From Octopus bimaculoides (Eukaryota), in assembly GCF_001194135.2 (NCBI RefSeq), contig NC_068998.1, positions 19,237,296-19,301,295 of the forward strand: a DNA stretch of 64,000 bases, in the 5' to 3' direction. This document shows, one piece after another, positions 36,669 through 49,867 of this stretch. The notes under the pieces were generated by a model. It saw only the letters and a list, made by a program, of their open reading frames with translations, was not told where the DNA came from and did no database searches. The translations under genes were made by a program, and so were the position numbers. How positions within the stretch are numbered: the first letter of the stretch is position 1; the number at the start of each line of letters is the position of its first letter.

Positions 36669-37125
36669 AGGCAGTGAACTGGCAGAATCTTTGTGGGATT
36701 TGAACTCGGAATATAAAGAGCTAGAACACATAGTGTCAGGCACCAGAATCATTAGGACACTGGACTAAATGCTTAGTAGCATTTTGTCCGTCTTTACATT
36801 CTGAGTTCAAATTCTGCCACGATCAACTTTGCCTTATATTCTTTCAGGGTTGGTGAAATAAGTGCCAGTTGAGCACTGAGATTAGTGTAAACAACTAGCC
36901 CCTTCCCCAAAAATTGCAGGCCTTGTGCCTATAGTAGAAAGGATTGTTGTTATCAAGACAGCGAGCTAGCACAATCATTACTATACCAGAGAAAACGCTT
37001 AACACTATCAAGGTTGACTTTGCCTTTCATCCTTTTGGGATCAGTAAATAAGTACCAGTGAAGTACTACAGTCGATGTAATCGACTATCCCCAAATTTCA
37101 AGGCTTGTGCCTATATTAGAAAGGC
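36669..37125 (+). mobile_element. Stacked family-B SINE units starting ~50 nt after an HBS1L donor
   Basis: Head ggcagtgaactggcagaatc after (cat)n(att)n, tail aaaattgcaggccttgtgcctatagtagaaagg, and a second truncated unit at about 36955. Confidence 0.8.
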
Positions 37126-37789
37126 ATGTTGTTGTTGTTGCTTGAATATTATTTACAATTCTATATCTGTGATAGGATACCAATAATACTTCCTTTATGG
37201 CATAGGTTGACACTGCTAACTGTGATTCTCTGGCCTTCATTATTAATTTCTATAGTTCAACAAAAGTGATTTTCCACAATGCCACAAATCTACAGACTTT
37301 TTTGGAGAAGGGTTTAATCAACTGAACCAACTTCAGTATATGGTTTATATTTCATTTTATTGACCTCCCCAAGACACTGAATATAACCAAATAGTCTGAG
37401 CTGGTGCTGAGAATCCAAGTTGACTATATGTCACATGGTCAAGGCAGATGAGGAGGTATCTTAGAAAGATGGGGACCGACTGGGACTCTGCTTGACAGAT
37501 TGCATGGGAGGACCTGGGAATATACCGAGAAATGGTGAATGCAGGAAAACATTGTAATGGTGCATGCCCCCCACATCTGACCTGACCTGACACTCAATAT
37601 CATCAGCAGCAGCATTTAATTGCCATTATGCACATTGACATGGATTGGATGGTTTTGCCAGGACCCATTGAACTGCCGCACCACTTCAGGCCTCAGTGTC
37701 AGCTTTGGCATGGTTTATATTGCTGGAGGCCCTTCATTCAGTCTGTTGCACTTTGATTTTTACCAGCTCGCCACCAATTAATAAGTCAA

Positions 37790-37975
37790 TGAAATTAAGG
37801 TGACCCTGTAGTCATGAATGTTGGCTAATGATCAAAAGAATAAAATCACAAATACAAGCAGCTGAAATGGAGTTTCTCTTAAGGATCTCCAGAATAATAT
37901 TACTTGACAGGGTGTATAACTTGGTGATCAGAGGGTCTCTCCAAATCAAACCACTACTTCTCTACATCTTACATG
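37790..37975 (+). mobile_element. RTE-type LINE C-terminal remnant
   Basis: MIKRIKSQIQAAEMEFLLRISRIILLDRV...IKPLLL resembles RTE 'RSQIQAAEM.FLRRI'. A related remnant lies at about 50200-50560 (RSQFQYYRHVIR...RPKGRPRRRW). Confidence 0.7.
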
Positions 37976-38749
37976 CCATCAAATATAGTATTCTTCAAGT
38001 TCCACATCTTTCTTAATTTCTCCCAGCATTGAAATCCCAAGATGAAATGGTTAAGTGATAAAATAGAAGAAGGAGAGAAGCACGGTGGTTCTATATCTTA
38101 AAGTTCCTTAGACATATTATTTAACCTGCTATTTTTAATTCGGTTTTTTTGCCTGTCCTCATCTACGTCCATGAATGTTGTACCAAATGAGTACAATTAT
38201 GAACACAAGTGGCCAAAATGCAATTCCTCCAAAGGATCTCTGGAAAAACTGTGAAGAGAACAGCTACTTCTAATGTTCCATTAATCTATTTAGTGTTATC
38301 TTTCCCTGTAGAACCTTATTTTTATTCCTAAGCAGGAAAAACATTACCCATGGCCTGTAGGAGTGTGTCACACATTGGTAGAAGAATATTTTTTCTGTTC
38401 TTTTACTGGTTTCCATCTTTAGGCAGTGGCCATGCTTTGAAGGTTTTTAGTTGATTATTTCGCCCCCAATTCTTAGTCTGGTGCTTATTTTATAGATCTC
38501 TCACACAGTTTCCATCTACCAAATTTCAATCACAAGGTTTTGGTCAACTTAAGGCTATGGTAGAAGATACTTGCCCAAGATGCCACACAGTTGGATTGAA
38601 CCCTGGACCAAGTAGTTATGAAGCAAACTTCTTAATCACAGCCATGCCTGCACTCATAAATGGGTGAGACTGTTGCATTTAATGTGAATCTTGAAGTATT
38701 TGAGGTTAGCAATTTATTAAGAACGTATGGAAATGATATATATTATCAT

Positions 38750-40303
38750 CATAGCTAACATCCTCATCATTTAATATCTGCTTTACCATCCTCGCATGAG
38801 ACTTATAGGTCTTCTCTAGCACCATGTCTTGACACTTTTTACAGTCCTTTGTCATCCCCATTTGTGAGGTTCAACCTCTTAAGATCAGTTTTCACCACTT
38901 TTTTCCCATGTTTTCCTCAGTTTTCTTCTTCCACAGCGCTTTTCCATTCAGATTATTTGGCATTCCTTCACTCAAATGCAATCCTCCATATATTCATCAT
39001 GTTCTAACAAGCTTGGTCTTTTCTTTTGCACACTACTTCTGATTTTCCCCATACTCAATTTTTCTCTCAACCCATCCGTGTTCCATCATTCATTCACACT
39101 AACATTACATATCCAATAGAGCTTGCTTGCCTTATTTCTTTCCATCCTTTACACATCATTTACATTCAATACTTATGCTTTTGCTAGCCTGCAACATCAC
39201 ATTTTTTACACAAACATCGTACAATCCACCTTTCATTTAGAGAGAGAATTCTTTGTTACCAACTGAAATAATACCTTTCCTGAACTTTCCCACTCCATCT
39301 GTATTCTGGCTACTATACTTACAGAACACCCACCTTCATTGCTGATTAGGCCATCTAAGTAAGGGAAGCTATCAACTATTTGTAGGGAGCGTTCTAGACA
39401 TTTGAAGATATACATTTCATGGGTGTTTTTACTGCTAACTATTCCTGTGCATCTGCTGCTTACAAAACCTCTGTCAGTCTGCCTGTGATCCCACTGTACA
39501 TCTCATGCACTGATGGTTAACATTGAATACACCATGAAATTCCTACACACTCTTTTTATGCTTATCAAACCTGACCACTTCTCAAAGGCAATAAAGTCTT
39601 GTCTCCTTTGCTGACCAAAACTTTTCCATTTGAGGCTTTGCTTCTACGTTTGGATTTTCCTCTCAAAATATTCAGCAGATTCAGGTATGAGAACTAGGTC
39701 CTCAACATACAGAGTACCCCTTGACAGCTGGCTTCAAGGTTCTCTGTTAAGACCTTGAGAAGAACTATATTAAACAGGAGGGGCTAAGAACTAAACCCTC
39801 TACACTAAATTTCTCACAGGACTTGTTAACCTTACTGATTGTGTTTCTGTATATGGCTTGCACAACTCTCACAAACCATTCGTTTATGCCTTGTTTTCTT
39901 AGTAAGTACCAAACTACAGATAGAGCATAATACTCTGTCAACAAATGCTAGGTATAATAGCTTGTGCTTTGCTAAGAATTACTCATGAAATTGTTTCACT
40001 AATGAGTATCAGTGGGACTTTGTCATGGCGCAAACTCAAATTACACTCTATCTAAACTAATTTTCTTCAGAATTATTCTACTCTTTATGTGACATTCATA
40101 ATTTGGTCAATCCAATTGATGTCTCTATAATTGATTCTTTTTAAAGCATTCTTTTTCTCTCGTAACAGTCCATGATGATATCGCTATGTTAGTCATTGAG
40201 TATGACACTTCTCTATACTATCTTAATAACTAGCTGAACATTTTCAGCATCCCAGTGAATACCTCTGACATCAACTTCAATAGCTGGTCCTTCTTTTGGG
40301 TTA

Positions 40304-40340
<37 letters not shown>

Positions 40341-40350
40341 GCAATCTTTT
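38750..40350 (-). mobile_element. Decayed RTE LINE (RT to 3' end)
   Basis: Minus-strand LQIVDSFPYLDGLISNEGGCSVSIVARIQMEW, decayed HKRC/GITGRLT zinc-finger segment and SVLSPLLFNIVL RT motif. Same family as 58121-59475. Confidence 0.75.
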
Positions 40351-40539
40351 CATTTAGCAACCTCTCCTTATAAGATTTTCATTCCTCTTCTTTTTTAGCA
40401 TCAATGAGGGCAAGTGTGCTTCTATAATTCCAAAATTCTTTCCCCAACATCATGTTCTTTTGCATTGAAGCACTACTTCAGCAATAGTGGCTATCAAAAT
40501 CTCATATATAACTTCACCATACTGATTTTACTGTTTCAG

Positions 40540-40640
40540 AGTATATTCCATTACCAGTCTACAACAGAACCTGTTCTTTGGAAACGATTAATTTGTCAAA
40601 TTCATAAAAGTACAGGAGAAATCATCAAGAACCGGCCTAA
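40540..40640 (+). CDS. HBS1L: HBS1L exon, domain III (SIFHYQSTTEPVLWKRLICQIHKSTGEIIKNRP-K)
   Basis: ctgtttcag|ag acceptor and cctaa|gtaagt donor. HYQ...EP...KRL...KSTGE motif; 101 nt, phases 0/2. Confidence 0.94.
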
Positions 40641-40876
40641 GTAAGTTGGATAATTTTTTTCAATCGATTTCTTTAATTGCTTTTATTTAATTGTTCAGAG
40701 TTTTTTACTTTTAAGTGTCAAAAAATTTCTTTAGTAACATGTTTACTTTCAACTCTAAATTGGATCGGTGGCTCTGTCACTTTACAACATCCGAAATAGC
40801 TAACTTTAATGGGTAGCAATGATAAATAAGAAATATAGAAGCTGAATTTTCTTAAATTCTTATTTTTTATATTTAA

Positions 40877-41316
40877 CTTTTTAGCATTTAAATTGGCCAT
40901 ATCCAGCTCAAATAGTCTACCTGTTTTACATTCAAACCAGTCACAACCAGCCTCTCATACCTAGTCTATAATGCCATTCTAACCTTTTAGCATTTAAATC
41001 AGCCATATCTGGCCCAAATATTCTACTTGTTTTATGTTTAAACTGACCAGATCTGGCCTCTTACACCTACCCTACAATATCATTCTAAAAATATACAATC
41101 GCATCATCAAAATCTCAGAGCTACAAGATAATGCATAATTAATATAAAACGATGTGAATAAATATGCATTCATTTAACAGAGTAATCTGACTGCTTAAAG
41201 GGCTAAAAATAAACAATCACATCACTGAAATCTTGAAGCTACAAGATAATGCACGATTAATTGAAAACAGTGCAACTAAGCATTACATTTGACAGAATTA
41301 TCTGAATGCTAAAGGG
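40877..41316. mobile_element. piggyBac-type MITE containing a nested copy of itself (40983-41202)
   Basis: The outer copy is flanked by TTAA (40873-40876, 41317-41320). The inner copy is flanked by CTAA (40979-40982, 41203-41206). Confidence 0.8.
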
Positions 41317-41771
41317 TTAATTTGTCAATTTCTGAAAGGAGTTCATTATTTGATAATATAGTGTGAAGGTACATTTCATCAAATATGCTTAAAAACTCCA
41401 TACTTGAAAATCAGTACCTTTCTTGTTACAACACAGGTATCTCCATATGGTCATCGACCCACAAGAAATATCAACTAAATCCTTCCCAAATCACACCCTG
41501 TCATCTCAAAAAAAAAGAAACAGGCACATCATAATGCAATTCCAGATCCAATATGTCTGAACAAAAGATGGGATGGTCGTGGCTGAAATGCTTTTGATAA
41601 GATATGTTTTTGATACTAGATCAGAACTGATTTGGCACTAAATTACAACATTTTATTGTTTGGTTAAACAAAGAAAAAGTTGTGTTCTCAGCTCAACTAT
41701 ATATGTAATTACATTCTCCTTTTATTCTTTCTTTTATAAAAATTGATATTTTCCATTGCCTATTCATACAG

Positions 41772-41916
41772 GTGTCTTGGTAAAAACAGCAGTGCTGTAG
41801 TAGAACTAGAATTTGAACGTCCATTATGTATTGAATTGTATAAAGAATTCAAAGAACTTGGGCGTTTCATGATACGCTATAGTGGACATACTATTGCAGC
41901 TGGTCTGGTTGAAGAG
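41772..41916 (+). CDS. HBS1L: HBS1L exon, domain III end ([48 protein letters not shown])
   Basis: tcatacag|g acceptor. LGRFMIRY...TIAAG motif. Ends at gag|gtaaac, which is either a donor or is read through as EVN* (TAA at 41923-41925). Confidence 0.96.
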
Positions 41917-43745
41917 GTAAACTAACTTTCTTAAGTTATTTCCTGTATAAACCCCCAAGATTTCATATTACTGATCTGTTGCAGGTACAATTATTTTCTA
42001 TGATTCACATTGCCTAATTAAAAACTCATTTAATTTAAATATAATGATTTTGTAGAAACTACAAATTTATGTTACTTTTCAAAGCAATTGACTAGTGACT
42101 GTGACAACATAAGTTCTCGTTATATAGCCATATTGTAAAAGACACTGCACCTGTTTTCAATTAATGCCATATAGTAACATTTATGATGTACATTATAAAG
42201 AATATGTCCAACAGATCCAGGTTTTCAGCTGTATATTTGTAACAGATATATGTTACTGATAGCAGATTATTTAAACTTTGCAGGACAGTGTGATAGCCAC
42301 CAACTAAATCAACAGAAGGGGAAAAAAGTTATTTCTTATAGATTTTATTTTTCTGAGTTTGTTGTTAGAAACAGTACACCAAAGCTGTAACATTTTGCTG
42401 TTTCGAAGTGATAGAAGAGGTTAGTAATGACACAGCTTGCACACTTTTGGTAGTATTTGAGTCAGTTGTGGAGGCTAAGAAGATATAGGCATGCTAGAAA
42501 GAGGAAGATGTGACGTGACTAAAATTAAAAACAAGCTGTCCTAAAATTTTCAGAGAACGTGCTTGTTCAGAAGAGGTACTGAATGAAAGAGAGGATGCAC
42601 CTTTGGCAAAGATGCCAAGTGAAAGAAGAGGAGTTCTATATTTATACATGTTAGAAATCTGGATGTAGATCAGAGAACAAAAGAAAGTGAATGGGTTTAT
42701 CTCTGTCGAACTGAATTTAATCTCAGATGTTAAGTTAAACAATAGGACTTATCCTAAGTATGACAGTTGACTTTCATAAATTTCTAAGTACTAAAGCCAA
42801 GAACAAGAGAAAGGAGCTAACAGAAAAATCCAGGCTAAGGTTTCAATTCCTGACTAAGAATCCAGAAAACGACCTGCTTCATGTTCATTTAACCTCTTAC
42901 TCATAACAATGCAAAAAAGTAGAACAGTTTTATTTTGTGCACACTTTCTTGAGCAACACCATGCCCAAGGAAATTTCTTTCTCACATGAAACTGATCCAG
43001 GAACCAGCTGCAGTATTTGAGTATTTTCCTTGACCAAAATATAAAGTAAAAGTTTCATTGTGAAGAAAATATCAGAGCCGAAGGTTACTAGTTGGATTGG
43101 TGCCCTATTCATATCCTATTTATAGGTGCTGTATATTGTTACTTGAATGAAGTGACTTCTTTCTTTCTGAATAAATTTCATTGTAAGTTAAATCAAAATA
43201 CTTCCACACTGTTTATTTGATATTCACTGTATTCCTATAGCCAACCTGCAGCCAATTATATTTTGTTTTCTTTTTTGGGTGAGAGGGAAAGACTCTGGTT
43301 CTTAGACAACGCAATATTTCTGAAAACCTGCTTAACTTAGCACTCTGAAGACTCAAAAATAAGAGATAAATCAGTTACGTGAAAAGTTCTTGGACTACTA
43401 GTTTTCAAAAATTGTGAGTTATTATCTGCTGCAGGAGTTTAATTGTTTATTTAATTCTACAATACTCAATTCATGTAGCTGTTGAAGAGAACTACCATAT
43501 CTTAGGAATTGTTAAGTACATTGAGGCTGCACCCAAAGGGGAGATTTAACATCTCATCCATTACAAGCTCCATATGCTTTTGTAGAGACCATTATCCATC
43601 TTTCTATTAAAACAGTTATGTCAAGTAAATTAGAACCTATTCCCATTAATTTTTAATTCCATTACCGTACTAACTACCTTATATTATTGTGTTTTTTAAA
43701 TATGTATTTTTTTGTTTATGCTGGGTTTTTTTTTCTTTTTAACAG

Positions 43746-43766
43746 ATTCTCAATGTGAAAACATAG
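43746..43766 (+). CDS. HBS1L: Probable terminal micro-exon of HBS1L (ILNVKT*)
   Basis: Long U-rich tract tttttttttctttttaacag followed by ATT CTC AAT GTG AAA ACA TAG, phase 0 as required by the 41916 donor. AATAAA signals follow downstream. No transcript evidence. Confidence 0.5.
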   Translation: MLNVKT

Positions 43767-44424
43767 AACAACCTTGATACATGCATATTTGAGATTATTA
43801 CAGGATTCCAAACAGGATATCTTTCTGGCTACTGGACATGACCTGGGCAATACAACAGATTGTACTTTTCTTACAGTCTGTATACTTAACAAAGCATGTG
43901 TTGGATTTATTTCTAACATACTGATTACTTCTTTAATATAACTTTTTGTTAAATTCTAAATCAGAAAACTGGTATTCTGAAGCTTAACTTTGGTTTTGGT
44001 GCTCAGCTCTGAAAGCAGTCTCATCTCCCATTGTTGCCTCTTTATTTTTTTTTTTTTAAGCTGTCTCCTGCGGTGATTTACATTTTCATAATTTTATCAC
44101 AGATAGGGCTATGAAAAACAATAATTTAGAAATGAAATTGAATTTGCTTTCTTTTTTATGTTCCAGAAGTTGCTATTTTTTAACTGAATGATGCACAAGC
44201 TTTTTCCGAAGGTGGTTCACAAAATTCAATGAAATAATGGACCACCAGATATAAATTTCCTTTTAATTGCATCATGCTATACAGCTGGACGTAAAACTCG
44301 CTGTGGACCACCAAGACTTTGGGTTGGACCACTTGTGGTTCCTTTGGACCATATTGTACATCGCTGTTCTAACTCATTAAAAAAAGACTGTGATATATAG
44401 AAACATTATTTTATATAGATTTGG

Positions 44425-44710
44425 AATAAATTATATATGATTTATATGAATTTATGATATGTATTAAAAATATTATTTTGAATTTGAATAAGGCTAAGAA
44501 TAAATTAAATATACATTGTACATTTTTTTCTTTTAACTTTTTTTCTGAAATAGCTAAATAAAATTTAAGCTCGTAATCTTTAGTTATATTAAGTAATCTA
44601 CTAAAGCTAACTAAAACATTTCAAAATTAACTTTGTGCATTGGGATCAAGATAAGCATCATCACTATGGCTTCAATAAATCTAAAGTTGCAAGGTATTTA
44701 TTGTCTTTGT
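44425..44710 (+). promoter_or_regulatory. Candidate polyadenylation signals of HBS1L
   Basis: AATAAA at 44425, 44499 and 44674. The last is followed by a GU/U-rich tract (ggtatttattgtctttgtttgtttttgtg). Confidence 0.45.
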
Positions 44711-45240
44711 TTGTTTTTGTGTTACATCACATCAATTTCCATTGTTTGCTCTGAGCATTTTTTTTTCTTTCTTTTGAGCATTATTTTTTACAGCTAATAA
44801 TTCTTTCTATTGTTCAACTCTCAACTCTGAAATATAAGAGGAAACTGATGTTAGTAAATGACTTTCCCTCTCTTCAGACATAAAAGGGAATTATGCTTAC
44901 ACACACAATCAAAGAGAGGAGGGGATAAGATAAACATTAAATCAGTGATGCAAAAACATTTCATGCCTGTGAATGCAGATGATGTGCAAAGGTTGGAGAG
45001 AAATGAAACAAACAAATTGAATGAAGTTTAAAATGATAATGAAGATAAAATTAGTACATATTTAACCGGTGTANNNNNNNNNNNNNNNNNNNNNNNNNNN
45101 NNNNNNNNNNNNNNNNNNNNNNNNNNNNNNNNNNNNNNNNNNNNNNNNNNNNNNNNNNNNNNNNNNNNNNNNNTGGCTACACCAGGCTCCAAAAAACATA
45201 TATATATAATATACATACATATATATATGATATACATATA

Positions 45241-46360
45241 CAATGGAGCCACCACCAATGACATGCAAACAGTGAGCAGTGTTCCGCAAGGCACTGTTTT
45301 GGGACCACTACTGTTCATAATGGCCCTCTCAGACATGCCCTCAGCCACACAGAGAGCCAAGACCACAAGTTATGCAGATGATACAAAAGTCTCACAGGTA
45401 ATACAGAACCCTGAAGACACTATGCACCTGCAATGTGAACTGGATGAAATATACAAGTGGGCTGCAAAGAATCACATGCAGTTTAATGCTGAAAAATTTT
45501 AAGCCTTGTACTATCAGCATGCAAAACTAAATGCAATACAAATTGGACCTGGAGGGATTGCAATCCCAGAGGTACAGACAGAGTGAGACCTGGGCATTTA
45601 CATGAGTAATAATGCATCCTTCCATGTACATGTTGCTAAATTGGCAATGAAATGCAGGCAGCTGACCGGATGGATTCTGAGAACTTTTAGAACAAGAGAT
45701 CAGGAAACCATGATGGTCCTCTGCAGGACACTTGTCCTAAACCACTTTGACTATTGCTGTCAGCTATGGTCACCAACCAATGTCAAATTAATCTCAGAAC
45801 TTGAGGCAATATAACAAAGCTACATAAAGAAGATAGCCTTTATGCAGCATATAAGCTACTGGGAAAGACTCAAGAGATTAAGACTCTATTCTTTAGAGCT
45901 TAGGCGAGAAAGATATGCTATAATATACATCTGGAATATCATGGAGGGACTTGTCCCAAACTTTGGCATTGAGAGTTACACAAATACTAGAACTGGGCAC
46001 CACTACATAGTGTCAAGGACTTCAAATTTGCCATCAAGGTATAGGACAAGGTACTGCAAGAGCTTGGGCTTCAGAGAACCACAGCTCTTCAATATCCTTC
46101 CGAAGGACCTGAGAGACCTGCATGGGGTGGACGTAGGTGTCTTCAAAATAAAGCTGGACCTCTAACTGTCAAGTGTCCCAGACGAGCCAACTTCGCGACA
46201 GGAGGTGCAGATGAGAGCAACAGCCTCAAACTCCCTCATGCACCAAATGTCAATTCCTAAAAAGCATTTGCGAAGTAAAATTATGTAGCAACACCGAATG
46301 GTGGTGCCCCAGCATGGCCACAGCTCATGAGCTGAAACTAGATCAAATCAAATCAAATCA
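45241..46360 (+). mobile_element. CR1-like LINE, 5'-truncated (RT to 3' tail)
   Basis: SSVPQGTVLGPLLF...YADDTK...WAAKNHMQFNAEKF, DLGI, DYCCQLWSP and YWERLKRLRLYSLELRRERY, with in-frame stops. 3' stem-loop followed by a (CAAAT)n tail. Confidence 0.9.
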
Positions 46361-46778
46361 TATAAATAAATGTATATTATATATATTTATATATATATAN
46401 NNNNNNNNNNNNNNNNNNNNNNNNNNNNNNNNNNNNNNNNNNNNNNNNNNNNNNNNNNNNNNNNNNNNNNNNNNNNNNNNNNNNNNNNNNNNNNNNNNNN
46501 NNNNNNNNNNNNNNNNNNNNNNNNNNNNNNNNNNNNNNNNNNNNNNNNNNNNNNNNNNNNNNNNNNNNNNNNNNNNNNNNNNNNNNNNNNNNNNNNNNNN
46601 NNNNNNNNNNNNNNNNNNNNNNNNNNNNNNNNNNNNNNNNNNNNNNNNNACATGACGAATGCCCAAATGTAAACTTGGAAGTATGTATAATACTACTACC
46701 TGATAACACTGGGTAATTCTGAAGGTGAATGAGCTTTATATGGTACTCTACCATGTTCTTAATGGAATATACTATAAC

Positions 46779-46817
<39 letters not shown>

Positions 46818-46893
46818 TATATATTTATACATATATACATCATCATCATCATCGTTAACATCCGCTTTCCATGTTGGCATGGGTGACGCATTT

Positions 46894-46924
<31 letters not shown>

Positions 46925-49329
46925 CGTACACACACATACACACGTATGTGTATGTCTTCATGTTGTCTCCACACCATCATTTGACAACGAATGTCACTTA
47001 GCAGTTTGGTGAAAGAGACCAATAGAATAAATACCAGACTTAAAAAGAGAAATGCGTGTTATGACAAGGGCATGTTTTAATTCTTTTCATAATTTTAATT
47101 AACATTCTTTATTCTTTCACTAGTTCCATTAATTGAACTGAAACCATGCTGGAGCACTGCCTTTAAGAGTTTGCATCAATTTTAAACTCCAGTCCAATGA
47201 CCAGCACTTTATTTTACCAATCTCTATTTACAGAGCAACTAAGTCCACAAAAAAAGACATAAATTCAGTGAAATATAATACAGGTTTTTTTTACATTTTT
47301 TATCAGCAATTTTTTGCCAACACAGACACATACTCACAAACACACAAAACAGGCTATATTTTGTATTCACCATTTGACTAGCACTCAAGGATAACCACTC
47401 TCAATGTCTTCTCTAGCAATATTCAGAGTTAACTTATCCAAAGAATGCAAGCATAGCTGTTTTGTTTTCTGATATATTTAGGACCAACTTATCCAGCAGG
47501 CATGTGCCGTTAAGAAGTCTGTTTTTGCTTTGCAACTACATGTTCTCAGGTTCAGTCCCACTCATGGTATCCTAGGCAAGTGTTTTCTACAACAGCATCA
47601 GTGTAACTAATACATTTTGAGTAAAATTGCAAGACAGAAACTACACAGAAACCCATTATATACATGTATAGAGTGTCTGTGTTTATGTGTGAAACTTAAA
47701 GGTACAACAATTAGAGACTGTTTAAATAAGTCTTAGACTTGAAAATAAGTACTGAGATACTATGACTGACTAAAACTCATAAAGGCAATATCCCCGTACG
47801 ATTATAATCCAATGACTGAAACATGTAAAGGAAAAAAGAATATATCCATCATCCATATTTAACTCTATTTATACCAATCTCCTGAGACAATCAAAATGTC
47901 ACATTAATTTGTTCCAAATATCAGCTTTATAATGACAGTCATTTCACTAAATTCTTCATTATTTTCAAATTAATTGAAACAATGGAAGTATATTTCAACA
48001 GAAATATAGTAATAAATAGGTTAAGAGAGTAAGGTGAATTTTGAAGATCTGACTGATTTTCATAGAGACCCTTAATTTACAGTGTTAATTTCAAAATAAA
48101 CAATAGATAGCTGTTCCTATTCAAATAACTAGGATAAACTCCAGCACAATTTCCCTACTATGCAGAATATAACTTAGAAGCAGGGATATATGATACACTA
48201 GTTGGCTATTTTTCTCTGATCAATATATGGTGGAATTCTGGTTTAAGCACTGCCATATAATCCTGCCATAGCGTTTTTTATTTTTTGAAATTTTCAGAAT
48301 TTTTTGGGCGAATTTATGTTCTACGGACAGGATTATGATTATGCAAAAAAAGATTTTTGTGTATGTGTGTGTGATTTAGGGGTAATTTAGCTGTCATTTT
48401 TAGCACATCTCATGACCACCTGACACTTTCCTCGTTTCTTTGTCACTCTGACATGTATTAATGTTTTTCAAAATTTTTCTCCCCATAAACACATTTAATG
48501 GAACAATAATGCACCTAAGGGTGGTCCATTGCTGGGATTTAAGCAAAAAGTTCAGACTCTGCATTTTAAACTGATTTATGAAAAAAAATTAAGAGTGGAA
48601 TTTATGGAAGAGGATGTTAGAAAGTACAAAAANNNNNNNNNNNNNNNNNNNNNNNNNNNNNNNNNNNNNNNNNNNNNNNNNNNNNNNNNNNNNNNNNNNN
48701 NNNNNNNNNNNNNNNNNNNNNNNNNNNNNNNNNNNNNNNNNNNNNNNNNNNNNNNNNNNNNNNNNNNNNNNNNNNNNNNNNNNNNNNNNNNNNNNNNNNN
48801 NNNNNNNNNNNNNNNNNNNNNNNNNNNNNNNNNNNNNNNNNNNNNNNNNNNNNNNNNNNNNNNNNNNNNNNNNNNNNNNNNNNNNNNNNNNNNNNNNNNN
48901 NNNNNNNNNNNNNNNNNNNNNNNNNNNNNNNNNNNNNNNNNNNNNNNNNNNNNNNNNNNNNNNNNNNNNNNNNNNNNNNNNNNNNNNNNNNNNNNNNNNN
49001 NNNNNNNNNNNNNNNNNNNNNNNNNNNNNNNNNNNNNNNNNNNNNNNNNNNNNNNNNNNNNNNNNNNNNNNNNNNNNNNNNNNNNNNNNNNNNNNNNNNN
49101 NNNNNNNNNNNNNNNNNNNNNNNNNNNNNNNNNNNNNNNNNNNNNNNNNNNNNNNNNNNNNNNNNNNNNNNNNNNNNNNNNNNNNNNNNNNNNNNNNNNN
49201 NNNNNNNNNNNNNNNNNNNNNNNNNNNNNNNNNNNNNNNNNNNNNNNNNNNNNNNNNNNNNNNNNNNNNNNNNNNNNNNNNNNNNNNNNNNNNNNNNNNN
49301 NNNNNNNNNNNNNNNNNTATATATGCTCT

Positions 49330-49657
49330 TTTACTCTTTTACTCGTTTCAATCATTTGACTGTGGCCATGCTGGAGCACCGCCTTTAGTCGAGCAAATCG
49401 ACCCCACCACTTATTCTTTGTAAGCCTAGTACTTATTCTATCGGTTTCTTTTGCCGAACCACTAAGTTACAGGGACGTAAACACACCAGCATCGGTTGTC
49501 AAATACAGACACACAAGCACACATATACATATACACGACGGGCTTCTTTCAGTTTCCGTCTACCAAATCCACTCACAAGGCTTTGGTCAGCCCAAGGCTA
49601 TACTAGAAGACACTTGCCCAAAGTGTCACGCAGTGGGACTGAACCCAGAACCATGTG
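49330..49657 (-). mobile_element. Family-A SINE
   Basis: Reverse complement of the family-A consensus, truncated by a gap. Confidence 0.85.
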
Positions 49658-49867
49658 NNNNNNNNNNATATATATATATATATATATATATATATCTACC
49701 CCACTTTGATCGCAAGTGGAAAAACCTGATGTAAAAAATCTTACTGAAATAGTTACCCTCAACACTTCCTCCCATTATGGAAATCAATATATGACTCAGA
49801 TTTTTTCCCAATCTCAGCTAATTCACATGAATGACTATGTTGCCAGTAATGAATACATCATCTAATG

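Noticed and set aside
47380-47470. Minus-strand LHSLDKLTLNI resembling KTI12 'FLHQLDQVT'
   Set aside because: Flanking residues do not match and an in-frame stop precedes the apparent donor.
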